Origin: an uncultured virus (IMG/VR IMGVR_UViG_3300033074_001205) | Taxonomy: Duplodnaviria > Heunggongvirae > Uroviricota > Caudoviricetes | IMG/VR virus record: IMGVR_UViG_3300033074_001205 | Direction: 5' to 3' (one strand) | Length of the DNA: 64,000 bases | In this document: positions 18,137 through 27,763 of the stretch, in pieces | Position numbering within the stretch: position 1 is the first letter of the stretch | Layout of the letters: each line of letters opens with the position of its first letter | The notes under the pieces: model-generated | What the model was told of the DNA's origin: nothing | Database searches by the model: none | What the model saw: only the letters and a program-made list of their open reading frames with translations | Program-made: the position numbers and the translations under genes

Positions 18137-19573
18137 TTAAACTAATAAAGTTTTCTCCCAATTTACATGATAACCCGTGTTATCATAACACATCACTCCT
18201 AAAAAATTAACATCAACACTTTCTTCAGAAATAAAAGCATCAAACAACAATAAATTGACTGACATCTTCTCCCTAATCACATCTAAAATCTTTGCCTCAA
18301 TTCCTTGGTAAATAAATGGTATCACCTTGCTCTTAAACTTTTTCCATTCAGTAAATCTAAGAATACTCCCTAATTCATTCCTAATAATCCACTCACCATC
18401 AAACTTGCATTGTCTTTTATAATATTCTTGTAGTGTTTCATTTAGGTCTAAGCACTCAGCAACAAGCTCCTTAATTGATTCATCTAAGAGTATTGTATCT
18501 AATTGTTCCTTAGAGAAAGCTTTATACAACTTACTTTGGCTATGTAAATTTTCAACATCAATCCCAAAGAATAAACTTGTCAGATATTGCTTGGCTTGTT
18601 TCTCTTCAAAACCTAACTCTATAATCTTGTTTCTATAAAAATCTTTATCAGAAATATAAGACTCAATGTATGGATAGTATTTATCTATATTAATCTTTGT
18701 TAAATGTTGTGTTAAAATACTTGCAACACTTGTAGCAATATCATATTCATATTGTCCTTGAAATATAATCTTTCTCATAGCTTTAGAAGCATTTTGAAGT
18801 GAAGCATAGCCAAAGCCCTGTGTTCTGTTAAATAACCTTCCAAACTTACTTCTAGTATATCCTAGCTGTGGATTTCTCTCCAACACTTTCTTAGTAATAC
18901 CTAACCAAGTTATTGTTGTTTCCATTTCTAAATCACCATTGCCATTATATTCTGCACGAAGCTTTAAATAATGCTCGTTCATATATTCTTCATTCCAAAT
19001 TACATAGTGCATTGCATCAAATCTCTCGTTAGTTTTTAGTTCAATGTCTTGCTTCTTTCTATTTATAGGCTCTGTGAATAGTGAATAATACTCAACCATT
19101 TGCAGAGAATCTAGCTCTTTTCTTTTCATATTAAATTTTTCCTTAATTTCTTTCTTTGTTTTGTATAAATTGTTTTGATGTAAATATCTTTTTATAAATA
19201 TCTTTTCCTTAGTTACTTTAATATATTCTGGCAAGATTAGCTGGTCAAGAACCTCCATAAAGAACTTATACTTTAATCTATAGCCTTTGCTTATATTATC
19301 TTGTGGGTATAGAAGGTTGAAGTGATAATTTTCATCAACATCTATGAACTGATATATTGCTAAGGTCTTTTCTTTATAACCTTTACTACTTAAGCTAAAG
19401 TAACTATTTATCTCAGCTATTGGTATTCTCAAATAACCATTCCCTTTTAGGGCTTGAAACAACAATCTTGTTAAAAAAGAGATTGTGCTATATAATTCCT
19501 TCTTGGATAACCCTTCTAAAGAATATTTGTAAATAAACTTATCAACATCTATTAGTGTAAAACTTTCTAACAC
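18137..19573 (-). CDS. Divergent family-A DNA/RNA polymerase-fold protein without exonuclease domain
   Basis: In order: FGRLF, SLQN, motif A-like EYDIATSVASIL, motif B-like AKQYLTSLFFG, IYQGIEAKIL, motif C-like LLLFDAF. Confidence 0.7.
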   Translation of the reverse strand: MLESFTLIDVDKFIYKYSLEGLSKKELYSTISFLTRLLFQALKGNGYLRIPIAEINSYFSLSSKGYKEKTLAIYQFIDVDENYHFNLLYPQDNISKGYRLKYKFFMEVLDQLILPEYIKVTKEKIFIKRYLHQNNLYKTKKEIKEKFNMKRKELDSLQMVEYYSLFTEPINRKKQDIELKTNERFDAMHYVIWNEEYMNEHYLKLRAEYNGNGDLEMETTITWLGITKKVLERNPQLGYTRSKFGRLFNRTQGFGYASLQNASKAMRKIIFQGQYEYDIATSVASILTQHLTKINIDKYYPYIESYISDKDFYRNKIIELGFEEKQAKQYLTSLFFGIDVENLHSQSKLYKAFSKEQLDTILLDESIKELVAECLDLNETLQEYYKRQCKFDGEWIIRNELGSILRFTEWKKFKSKVIPFIYQGIEAKILDVIREKMSVNLLLFDAFISEESVDVNFLGVMCYDNTGYHVNWEKTLLV

Positions 19574-19608
19574 ATCTTTTCTCCTTATGTTGAATTAGTT
19601 TCAGTGGA

Positions 19609-19641
19609 ATTATATAACTAGATTTCTTTCAAATAACTTAA
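19609..19641 (-). promoter_or_regulatory. Promoter of the PolA-like gene, TTAAG-N22-TATAAT
   Basis: -10 at 19609-19614 and TTAAG at 19637-19641; overlaps the outer left arm of the inverted repeat. Confidence 0.6.
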
Positions 19642-20197
19642 GCAGGAAGGTATAAGGTATGTTATTATCACTTATTTGACCATGTTGTTGCTTCAAAATC
19701 GCTACAAGCCCGATGTAGTCGTGGCTAGAGCCTTGCACAACTTTTGCATTATTTAGAACATATGTACTACAATATAGTTCAAGTTAATTTACCATATAAG
19801 ATACTTTAGACACAATTAACTATCTTAATTTATGTAATAGGATAAATTAGTTAAATAAGAGCCTACAAGGCACGAAAGGTATAGACCCTAGTCTTACTAT
19901 TCCTTTATGGAAACTTTACCTTGTGTTGAGGCTGAGCTATGTCTATGAGCATTTATGTATTAGCATTAAACTAAAGTATTGGTATAGAGTTTTACTTAAT
20001 AGAAAAGTTGTATAACACTTAAAGGGTATGTTATTACAAAAAGTGTTGAGATTAATATTAAAATGTTGCAAAAGTTGTGCAAGGCTCTAGCCACGATGTG
20101 GTGGTGCTTACAGAGATTTTATATCAACAACATGGTCAAATAAGTGAGATAACTACTTCTATTTCCAACCTGCTAGGAATCTTTTAATCTAATCTAG
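19618..20197. repeat. Long imperfect inverted repeat (arms 19618-19748 and 20067-20197; 318-nt spacer), candidate origin
   Basis: Perfect blocks of 30 bp (19719-19748/20067-20096), 23 bp (19668-19690/20125-20147), 6 bp and 7 bp, all symmetric about 19907.5. Confidence 0.93.
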
Positions 20198-20437
20198 CAA
20201 AATACTTATACAATAAACTTATATAAAATCTTGTATCATACTACAATAAAATACACCACTATACTTACTAATATTATAGATTTATTCAGAAGTATATGTT
20301 TTAATATAAGCTAAGCATTGTTTAAGTAATATTTAGCTAAAATCTATATAGAAACTATTTTAAAGATATAAATAAAGTTAGTTGTAAATAAGTGTGTAGG
20401 AATGATTTTATATGCACACCCTAGTCTTACTATTCCT
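19885..20437 (+). repeat. 20-bp direct repeat ACCCTAGTCTTACTATTCCT (2 copies)
   Basis: Exact copies at 19885-19904 and 20418-20437. Confidence 0.9.
20322..20343 (+). promoter_or_regulatory. Rightward promoter TTAAG-N11-TAAAAT
   Basis: Same motif and spacing as the leftward promoters; upstream of the structural block. Confidence 0.55.
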
Positions 20438-20541
20438 GAAAATAGTTTAGGTCTTGTAGCTCAAATATGATAGGTTTATGAAGGTTTTTAAATAGTAGTT
20501 AGATGTGAAAGAATTAAATAAGATTTTGAAAGGAGAAATAG

Positions 20542-20988
20542 TTGGATATAATTGCATTATTAGAAAGCAGGTTTGGTACAAATTATATTTATGAGATACT
20601 AGAGTATAATGAAATAAAATCATTATCTTTAGTTAGGGTTATATGTAAGAAGCATAACAATATTGAAGAAGGGCTTGTTATAAATTTATTACATAAGAAA
20701 ATACCTTGTGGAATTTGTGAGGAAGAAGATGGGGGAAATATAGAGGGCGAGAAAGTGGAAAAATTAAATAGAAAGAAGTATCAGTTAGCTGAGTTGATAG
20801 AAAAGTTTGAAGCAGTACATGGGAATAGATTTCTATATCATGACTTAGCTTATTTTTATGTTAATATGAAAGTGCCAGTCAATATCAAATGTGTGAAACA
20901 TAATCACTTTTTTAAACAAACACCAAGTAATCATATAAATACCAAGGTGTGCTGTGATAAATGTTTAGAAGAATTAGTAAATTCATGA
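20542..20988 (+). CDS. Zn-binding repeat protein (two DUF723-like CxxH...CxxC units), no nuclease domain seen
   Basis: VICKKH...PCGIC and IKCVKH.HFFKQTPSNH...CDKC; AAGGAG RBS, TTG start. Confidence 0.7.
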   Translation: MDIIALLESRFGTNYIYEILEYNEIKSLSLVRVICKKHNNIEEGLVINLLHKKIPCGICEEEDGGNIEGEKVEKLNRKKYQLAELIEKFEAVHGNRFLYHDLAYFYVNMKVPVNIKCVKHNHFFKQTPSNHINTKVCCDKCLEELVNS

Positions 20989-21196
20989 GGAAATAGTGAT
21001 TAAAATTTACAGACAGTTTTGATACTAATCAAGTAAAAGTAGTGTAAAATGATGAATATTAGTGTTTTTCTAAGTTTATTTTAAGTTATATTTAGATAAG
21101 CAACATTGTAAGTACCTTAGAATGGGCTTCCAATTTTATTGATACAAAAAAGGGCATAGCAACACCTATTGTTACTATAAATGACGAAAGGTTGAT

Positions 21197-21745
21197 ATGG
21201 GAGAGGTTGAAAATAAACTCTTACAGTTAACTTCATCGGGAAGTTCATCAAAGTCTGTTGCGGAGGTTGGTGCTGAGTTACCTGCTGAAGTTAATATAAG
21301 ATTAGATGAGATAGAAGATTTAACAAATAGGTCTAGCAAGATTCTATCAAACTTAGATTACCAAATATTAGTCGCAATGACTGGAATCGTTGGTGAGGAT
21401 AAAGTTGCTGAAGAGTTTGGTGTGACTAAAGGTTATATTAGAAAGTTGATGCGAAGTGCTGATGGTAGTGAGTTTTTGAAAGAACAAGCTAAGCAAAAGG
21501 CTGAGATGAGTTTAGCAATTTCAACGAATATGTTACACGAGGGATTGAACATCTGGCAGAATCATATTGGGGAATTGATGGCTAAGGGTCAGACTGAGAT
21601 GGCTCTCTTTCATTTATTTGGGAAGAGTTCATTGTCTGATGTACAAGCTTCAATTCATAAACAGCAAAGTGCTACTCCCGAAGATAATGGTAACGGGCTT
21701 ATGAACTTATTCGCTTCTATTACAGTTAATGGGGGTGGCAAGTGA
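21197..21745 (+). CDS. Probable terminase small subunit
   Basis: HTH-like KVAEEFGVTKGYIRK; directly upstream of and overlapping terL. Confidence 0.65.
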   Translation: MGEVENKLLQLTSSGSSSKSVAEVGAELPAEVNIRLDEIEDLTNRSSKILSNLDYQILVAMTGIVGEDKVAEEFGVTKGYIRKLMRSADGSEFLKEQAKQKAEMSLAISTNMLHEGLNIWQNHIGELMAKGQTEMALFHLFGKSSLSDVQASIHKQQSATPEDNGNGLMNLFASITVNGGGK

Positions 21746-23166
21746 GTGAAGCTAAACAGTTAATAACCTCTAAAGATATTTTAGAATTTAGAAAGTATCA
21801 AGGCACAATATCTCCAATAGCAGTAGCTGAGATGTTGGGGCAACCTCTTCATAAAATTCAAGCAGATATAGCTAAATACTTTGAAAAGCCTTTGATAGAT
21901 ACTTGGCACGAAGCTACGTGGTTAATGTCAAGAAGGTTAGGTAAATCATATCTTGGTATTAAAATAGCAACAAGCTTAATGCTAACACCTTATAGTAAAA
22001 TTGCATTAATAGCACACTCAACAAGTTTATCTGAGGTTTGGTTTAAAGAAATATTAAATGACTTAATGTCAATCCCTGAAATAAGAGATAAAGTAACTTG
22101 GGAAAAGAAAAATGGTATCATAGAGATAAAAGAGCTTAATACCTTGTTTATTTGCTGTTCATATCTTAATGCTGACACAAAATTAATTGGAAAGAGCTTC
22201 AACTTTATTTTGAAAGACGAATTCTTTCTGGTGGACAAAATATATCAGGAAGAAATATATAATTTAGTTACACCAACTACAGCTAACTTTGGTTCTAATG
22301 AAGGAATTAAATATGCAAAGCAAGTTATCTTAAGTACTCCTAGGGGTACTATAACTGGCTCACACTCAGGTAGAACGTATCTAAAAGGTTTAAATAAGGA
22401 AAAAGGATTTATCTCATTTAAGCACGATATTTATGAGTCTCCATTCTTAACAGAGGGGGAGATAGAGTTAATAAAGCAAACTACCCCTGAGTCAGTCTGG
22501 CTACAGGAATTTTGTTGCTGCTTCACCCGTCAGGAGGCTTCAGTAGCTAGGGAATTTGATAAAAATAAACACGTAATTCATATATCAGATAAAATGATAC
22601 GAGATATGATACACTACTGTGACATTATTGTAGCCTTGGATACGGGGGTACGTGATGGAAACGCATTTTCTGTGGTACTTTATAATAATAAAACTGAGAC
22701 ATATTACGCTGTAGCTGAACACTATAAGCAAGGTGAAATTGTATACGATTTTATAAAAAATGCAAAAGACACAGCTACAGCTTTTTGTAAGAAATTTGAA
22801 GTACCTTTTAATAGGGTTTATTTCTTCATAGACCCCTCGTCAAGTGAGGCAAAATTACAGGCAAATAAGTTATTTGACCTTACTATGCACAATGCAAAAA
22901 ATAATAGAGATGCAGGAATAGATTATCTAAATCAAATATTACAAGGTAATGGTGAAGCTAAAATACCTAAACTATTCATATCAGATAAGTGTGAAGTTCA
23001 TATATCTCAACTAGAATATGCTGAGTTTAAAGCTGTGTCTGGTGTTATGTCAAACCAATTTGCGAAAGACCCAATACGAGATTCTCACTATGATGTATTA
23101 CAAACATTAATCTATGCAACATTTACCCATTATAAAACCTCGCACAGTTCATTCATAATATCCTAA
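21742..23166 (+). CDS. terL: Terminase large subunit
   Basis: Walker A SRRLGKS, Walker B FILKDE, coupling motif LSTP, QEFCCCF, RNase H-like ALDTG, IDPS, HYD. Confidence 0.92.
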   Translation: MSEAKQLITSKDILEFRKYQGTISPIAVAEMLGQPLHKIQADIAKYFEKPLIDTWHEATWLMSRRLGKSYLGIKIATSLMLTPYSKIALIAHSTSLSEVWFKEILNDLMSIPEIRDKVTWEKKNGIIEIKELNTLFICCSYLNADTKLIGKSFNFILKDEFFLVDKIYQEEIYNLVTPTTANFGSNEGIKYAKQVILSTPRGTITGSHSGRTYLKGLNKEKGFISFKHDIYESPFLTEGEIELIKQTTPESVWLQEFCCCFTRQEASVAREFDKNKHVIHISDKMIRDMIHYCDIIVALDTGVRDGNAFSVVLYNNKTETYYAVAEHYKQGEIVYDFIKNAKDTATAFCKKFEVPFNRVYFFIDPSSSEAKLQANKLFDLTMHNAKNNRDAGIDYLNQILQGNGEAKIPKLFISDKCEVHISQLEYAEFKAVSGVMSNQFAKDPIRDSHYDVLQTLIYATFTHYKTSHSSFIIS

Positions 23167-23179
23167 GAACAACAATCCC

Positions 23180-23251
23180 AGTATAAGGATTGCAAGAATA
23201 GCCCAAGCGGAAAACCTAAAAGGTGGTTTCAAGATTTCTTGTCCTTATACT
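23180..23251. other. Intergenic multi-stem hairpin
   Basis: AGTATAAGGA/TCCTTATACT (10 bp) plus CAAGAA/TTCTTG and ACCT/AGGT. Confidence 0.6.
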
Positions 23252-23280
23252 AAAACAAAAACCAACACAAAGGAGAGACT

Positions 23281-23610
23281 ATGAAGTTTGATAAAATAAA
23301 CTTTGTTTTAAATGTATTATCTTCTGAAGTAGTCTTAAAAGGCAAACAAAACCTAATAAAACTCTTCATAGTAGATAGTATAGCAGATACGCAAATATCT
23401 GAAGTAGAATATAAGCTACAAATCAATGATGGAAGAACAGCCACAATTCTTGTCAAAGACTGGGCTACATTAGAGCAGCTGGGTGATTTTTTCACGGATA
23501 CCTACATCCCAACTTTCACAAACAAATCTACCATAGAATTATTAGTAAGAATCACTGACACGGATGGGAACATCTATGCTATGTCACACAACTTACAAGG
23601 AGTTATATGA
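23281..23610 (+). CDS. Hypothetical beta-rich (Ig-like?) virion-module protein
   Basis: 109 aa with AAGGAG RBS, between terL and portal. Confidence 0.7.
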   Translation: MKFDKINFVLNVLSSEVVLKGKQNLIKLFIVDSIADTQISEVEYKLQINDGRTATILVKDWATLEQLGDFFTDTYIPTFTNKSTIELLVRITDTDGNIYAMSHNLQGVI

Positions 23611-24986
23611 TGGGCTTGTTTGGATTCACTAAGACAAAATCACAACCAATTAAACAAAGAGAAAAGACTGTTATAACTGCTTCGGAAGCTGCTGCCTATC
23701 AAAATGGTGGGAATCTTCCAACAGATAATAGAAACTTTCAAGCCTACATTAATGCAAGTTCAAGATTAGACACTTTAATACGAACTTCAGCATTAGTTGC
23801 TTCAAGTGCTAGATTTCAATATGGGAAAGTTGATACTAAAGGGAATTTTAAAATAGTTACATTTAAACAATCTGATGGGTTATATATGAATGATTATCAA
23901 ACAGAGAGTGATTTCATATTTGAGCTATTTGGTACCTTAATGACTTATGATAAAGTATTATTGATTCCAGAACAAAGCAAATATCCATTCAGAAAAGGTA
24001 TGATAGATTGGTCTATTGTTCCTGATGACCAGTTCTCTGCTAACTTAGGAACAAATCAATCCATAGAAACATTCACACATAGAAGTTCAACGGGGATTGA
24101 AACAATCTACAAATACTCGGAAGTAGTTTATATAACTAGAAACCTTACAGCAAACAACTTAATATATGCTATACCAAAGATTAAAGCATTGATGAAAACT
24201 ATTGAAAATATTCTTGGTATTCACAACTTTATGGGAGAATATATTGCAAGTGGTGGTAAGAGTTCAATTATAGCTTCTAGCGACAGTTTACTTAGTGAGG
24301 AACAAGGTAGAGCTGTTAAGAAGTCACTACAAGATTTCTTAGGTTCAAATGCACCAAAAGCATTACTAATCAACTCAGAAAAGTTTACACTAGATAAAGT
24401 ATCAGACAGCCTCACAACAGCAGGTGTATTAGATATTATAACAAAACTTTCTGACGAGATTAGTAAATCATTCAATATGCCAAGTTATTTGCTTGGAGAA
24501 TATTCAAGCTCAACGCAAGGTACAACTATGCAAATGGCGAATCGAACTTGGTTTCAGATTCAGCTAAGACCTTTATTCACAACTTTATCAAGTGCTTTTA
24601 CCAGATATTATAGAGACTTTGGTGGTGTGAAAAATGTAAGTGTTAGATTTGATTTTAGTGAGATTGACCTGCTAGAGGATAGTGATACAGATAAATTGAA
24701 AATTGCTAATGATTCACTTAAATCAGGAATTAGAAGCTTAAATGAGGCAAGAGTTTATTGTGGATTACCTCCATTAGAAACTGAGTCTGCTGATTTACAC
24801 ATATCACCTGCTTTCTTGACTGGGCAATCACCTGTTTCTTTTGAAAACTTTGAAGCAGATATTGCAAGAAACTTAGCTTCAAGTAATGCTAATACTTCTA
24901 CTGGGACTGGGACAACACCTAGCGATGGTATTCCAAACGGAGAAGGTGGTGCATTAAATGAGCCAAACAATTCAGGGAGAGCTTAA
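23607..24986 (+). CDS. Portal protein (HK97/T5-like)
   Basis: Position; ISKSFNMPSYLLG, LRPL, SLNEARVYCGLPPL. Confidence 0.9.
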   Translation: MMGLFGFTKTKSQPIKQREKTVITASEAAAYQNGGNLPTDNRNFQAYINASSRLDTLIRTSALVASSARFQYGKVDTKGNFKIVTFKQSDGLYMNDYQTESDFIFELFGTLMTYDKVLLIPEQSKYPFRKGMIDWSIVPDDQFSANLGTNQSIETFTHRSSTGIETIYKYSEVVYITRNLTANNLIYAIPKIKALMKTIENILGIHNFMGEYIASGGKSSIIASSDSLLSEEQGRAVKKSLQDFLGSNAPKALLINSEKFTLDKVSDSLTTAGVLDIITKLSDEISKSFNMPSYLLGEYSSSTQGTTMQMANRTWFQIQLRPLFTTLSSAFTRYYRDFGGVKNVSVRFDFSEIDLLEDSDTDKLKIANDSLKSGIRSLNEARVYCGLPPLETESADLHISPAFLTGQSPVSFENFEADIARNLASSNANTSTGTGTTPSDGIPNGEGGALNEPNNSGRA

Positions 24987-25007
24987 TATGAGAGGTGTTG
25001 AGATAAT

Positions 25008-26393
25008 ATGAAACAACAATTAAATTTTAAAACATATAGTGGATTTGAGACAAAAGCTCTTGAAACCACTGAAACAACAAAAGAAGGCGAAGGTGTAATT
25101 TACATAGAAGGTTATGCTTCTAAATCCTATGATATGGGGAAGCCAGTCATTGACTATGATGAAGAATTTGTTGATATAAAAGGCTTTGACCTTTCAACTT
25201 GTACTTCATTACTTTTTAACCACGATGGCGAAGAGATTAAGATAGGAAAATGTAGATTAGAGCATAGAGCAGATGGTGCTTATTTGTATGGTGAAGTTCA
25301 CGAAAAGTTAAATGATAAGGTTTACTACGCAGTTAAACATGGAATCATGACAGACTTTTCTATTGGATTCTCTGCAACAAACTATGAATATAAAACTATT
25401 GAGGGAAGAGACATATTAACTTTCACAGAAGGTTTTGTGTGGGAAACTTCTATATGCAATATTCGAGGTGCAAATCCAAAATCTAAGATAGAAACTACTA
25501 AAAAACTTAGACAAGATAAGAAGATGTTAGAACTCGCAAAATGGCTAGGCGATGCTCCTAGTGAAGTTCAACTTGATGCCTATACAGAAGTTAAATCAGT
25601 TATCCAAGATGGAAAATGTGTAGGTTTTAGCTGTGATATTGAGCAATTAAAGAAAGCTAATCCAACGCAAGATTGCTCTTGTATAACTAAAGAAGGGAAT
25701 AAATTGAAAGATATAAAAGAAGTAATGAAGGGCTTGACTTTCGAAAGTACAGAAGCTGAGGGATACAATCAATTAAGAAAGCTAAGATTTTATATGGAAA
25801 TCTTAGAAGAAACTCTTAGTGATAATTTTTATGAAGTTATTTGGTACGAAGGTATGTCAGGAGAAGAAGCTAAAGCTAATATGTTAGGAGCTTTATCTGC
25901 ATTTACAGACAAGCTTGAAGAGTTTACTCTATTAGATAAACCTGTTGAGCCTACAAATGTGGAAAAAAATAAAGGGGAAGAAGTGACAATAACAAAATCA
26001 GTAGAGACAACTGAGTCAGTAGAAACTACACCAGCAACTGAAGAAGTAATTTTAGAGGGAGAAGAACAAGCAAGTAATCCTGAGCAGGTAGAAGATAAAG
26101 CTCCTGAACAGATTTCAACTGAAACTAAAGAGGAAGCTACACAAGCAGATGTTGCAGTAGAGCCTACTGAAGTTGTAGAAGAAGTTGATGCTGAAGCTTC
26201 GAGTAAATTAAATGTTGAGTATTTGGCTTCAGTTAATTTAGAAGAACTTTCAGATGATGAAGTTGAGGAACTTTATAATGAAGCATCTTATCTAATTGAT
26301 GATTTGATGAAAGATGATAAAGTTAGATTATTGGCGTCAGCTAGTGATATTTTAGAAAAGATTGATGCTTTAATAGAGGCATCAGCTAACTAA
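25008..26393 (+). CDS. Prohead protease with long acidic scaffold-like C-terminus
   Basis: IEGYAS, LLFNHD, FSIGF, WETS...ANP (HK97-type protease). Confidence 0.88.
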   Translation: MKQQLNFKTYSGFETKALETTETTKEGEGVIYIEGYASKSYDMGKPVIDYDEEFVDIKGFDLSTCTSLLFNHDGEEIKIGKCRLEHRADGAYLYGEVHEKLNDKVYYAVKHGIMTDFSIGFSATNYEYKTIEGRDILTFTEGFVWETSICNIRGANPKSKIETTKKLRQDKKMLELAKWLGDAPSEVQLDAYTEVKSVIQDGKCVGFSCDIEQLKKANPTQDCSCITKEGNKLKDIKEVMKGLTFESTEAEGYNQLRKLRFYMEILEETLSDNFYEVIWYEGMSGEEAKANMLGALSAFTDKLEEFTLLDKPVEPTNVEKNKGEEVTITKSVETTESVETTPATEEVILEGEEQASNPEQVEDKAPEQISTETKEEATQADVAVEPTEVVEEVDAEASSKLNVEYLASVNLEELSDDEVEELYNEASYLIDDLMKDDKVRLLASASDILEKIDALIEASAN

Positions 26394-26468
26394 TCAAGTG
26401 CTGTTGGAAGAGCTAAATGTTCTTCCCTTTTAAAATTATATAAAATAAACTAATCGGGAGATTTAAGA

Positions 26469-27710
26469 ATGAAAAAAGAAAATAGATTTAAGGCAAAGTT
26501 AGCCGAAGTTGCTACTGAGGCAAAAGAAATGAATGTGGCTAAAATGCCTGACAATGTTGCACCAAAAAAGGATAATGTAGTGGAAAAAAGTTTAGTAAGA
26601 ACAAAAGAAGTAGATGAAATTTTAGATATGGCATTTATGCTTAAATCTGTAAAAAGAGCTGTTGGTCAAGATTTAACAGAAAAAGACTTAAATATGTTTG
26701 CAGCAGAGCTACACTCAAAAGCAGCAACAACTATTGCAGATGTTTCGGCAGTTATTCCTTCAGGATTCTCTGGAAGATTCTGGCAAGATATGTATGCAAT
26801 GACAACTTTAAAAGATGTTATTCCACAAGAAACTATTGCTAACTTTGGTATGACAGATACTATTGGTGATTTCGCAATGACTGCGCATGTAGTTGCTGAA
26901 TTAGGTACTTCTGCTGACTCTAACGATGTTATGATGGACTTCATTTACTTAGGTACAAAATTAATGTCTAAAACATTCATCTCATATGAAGCTATTGCAG
27001 ATGCAAACATTGATATGTTAGCTAATAAAAGATTAGGATTAATGAGAGCTATGGCTGTTGCATTAGAAACAGCAGTATTAAATGGATTAGCTGGAGATGC
27101 GGGAGTACCTGCTGGAGATGCTAGAACAGCATTTAGAGGATTAAGAAAATATGGGTTAGGTAAACAAACTGTTGACTTTGGTGGAGAAGCATTAACTGAG
27201 GCAGTATTTAAAGCTAAAATTTTAGAAATGCAAGAGGCTGGTGGTTTGTATACTTCTTGGGAAGAAATTGGGGCAGGGAATGTTCTATTATTAGTACCAA
27301 ACTCAGTTTATAATAAAATCTTAGAATTTGATACATTCGTAGATGCTTCTAAAGCAGGTGTGGCTTCTACTTTAGTATCAGGTAGAAAAGTTTCTACTAT
27401 CTTCGGAATCCCTGTTGCTTCAAATAGATTCTTTCCAGCAAAAGTAGATGCGACTGGTGTTGTTTCAGCAACTGGTGCTAATAATTTATTCCAATCAATT
27501 ATTATGTTTAACACTTCAACAGTGAAAACATTTACAATCGCGAATTCAGCATTATTAGAAACTGATAGAGATATTCAAACTCAATCACAAGTATTAGTAA
27601 ACACATTAAGATGTGGATTTGGTTCATTATATGATGCTATTTCTACTAATCCAACTGCAATTAATTCAGCTAAAAAGAATGTAGTAGCTGGTATTAATAT
27701 CAAGTTATAA
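26469..27710 (+). CDS. Major capsid protein (HK97 fold)
   Basis: Position; VIPSGF, LETAVLNG, FRGL, TIFGIPV; followed by a strong terminator. Confidence 0.9.
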   Translation: MKKENRFKAKLAEVATEAKEMNVAKMPDNVAPKKDNVVEKSLVRTKEVDEILDMAFMLKSVKRAVGQDLTEKDLNMFAAELHSKAATTIADVSAVIPSGFSGRFWQDMYAMTTLKDVIPQETIANFGMTDTIGDFAMTAHVVAELGTSADSNDVMMDFIYLGTKLMSKTFISYEAIADANIDMLANKRLGLMRAMAVALETAVLNGLAGDAGVPAGDARTAFRGLRKYGLGKQTVDFGGEALTEAVFKAKILEMQEAGGLYTSWEEIGAGNVLLLVPNSVYNKILEFDTFVDASKAGVASTLVSGRKVSTIFGIPVASNRFFPAKVDATGVVSATGANNLFQSIIMFNTSTVKTFTIANSALLETDRDIQTQSQVLVNTLRCGFGSLYDAISTNPTAINSAKKNVVAGINIKL

Positions 27711-27712
27711 TT

Positions 27713-27740
27713 TGGGAGGGTTCGCCCTCTCATTTTGTTT
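27713..27740 (+). terminator. Rho-independent terminator
   Basis: TGGGAGGG-TTCG-CCCTCTCA-TTTTGTTT. Confidence 0.85.
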
Positions 27741-27763
27741 AATTAAAACTATAAAGGAAATTA

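Noticed and set aside
18137..19573. The phage's replicative DNA polymerase, or a reverse transcriptase
   Set aside because: It is short, lacks a proofreading domain and has degenerate motifs; there is no YxDD motif. The replicase and primase are probably outside this window.
19618..20197. IS element or MITE defined by the inverted repeat
   Set aside because: No transposase or target-site duplication is present, and identity is highest in the inner rather than the terminal part of the arms.
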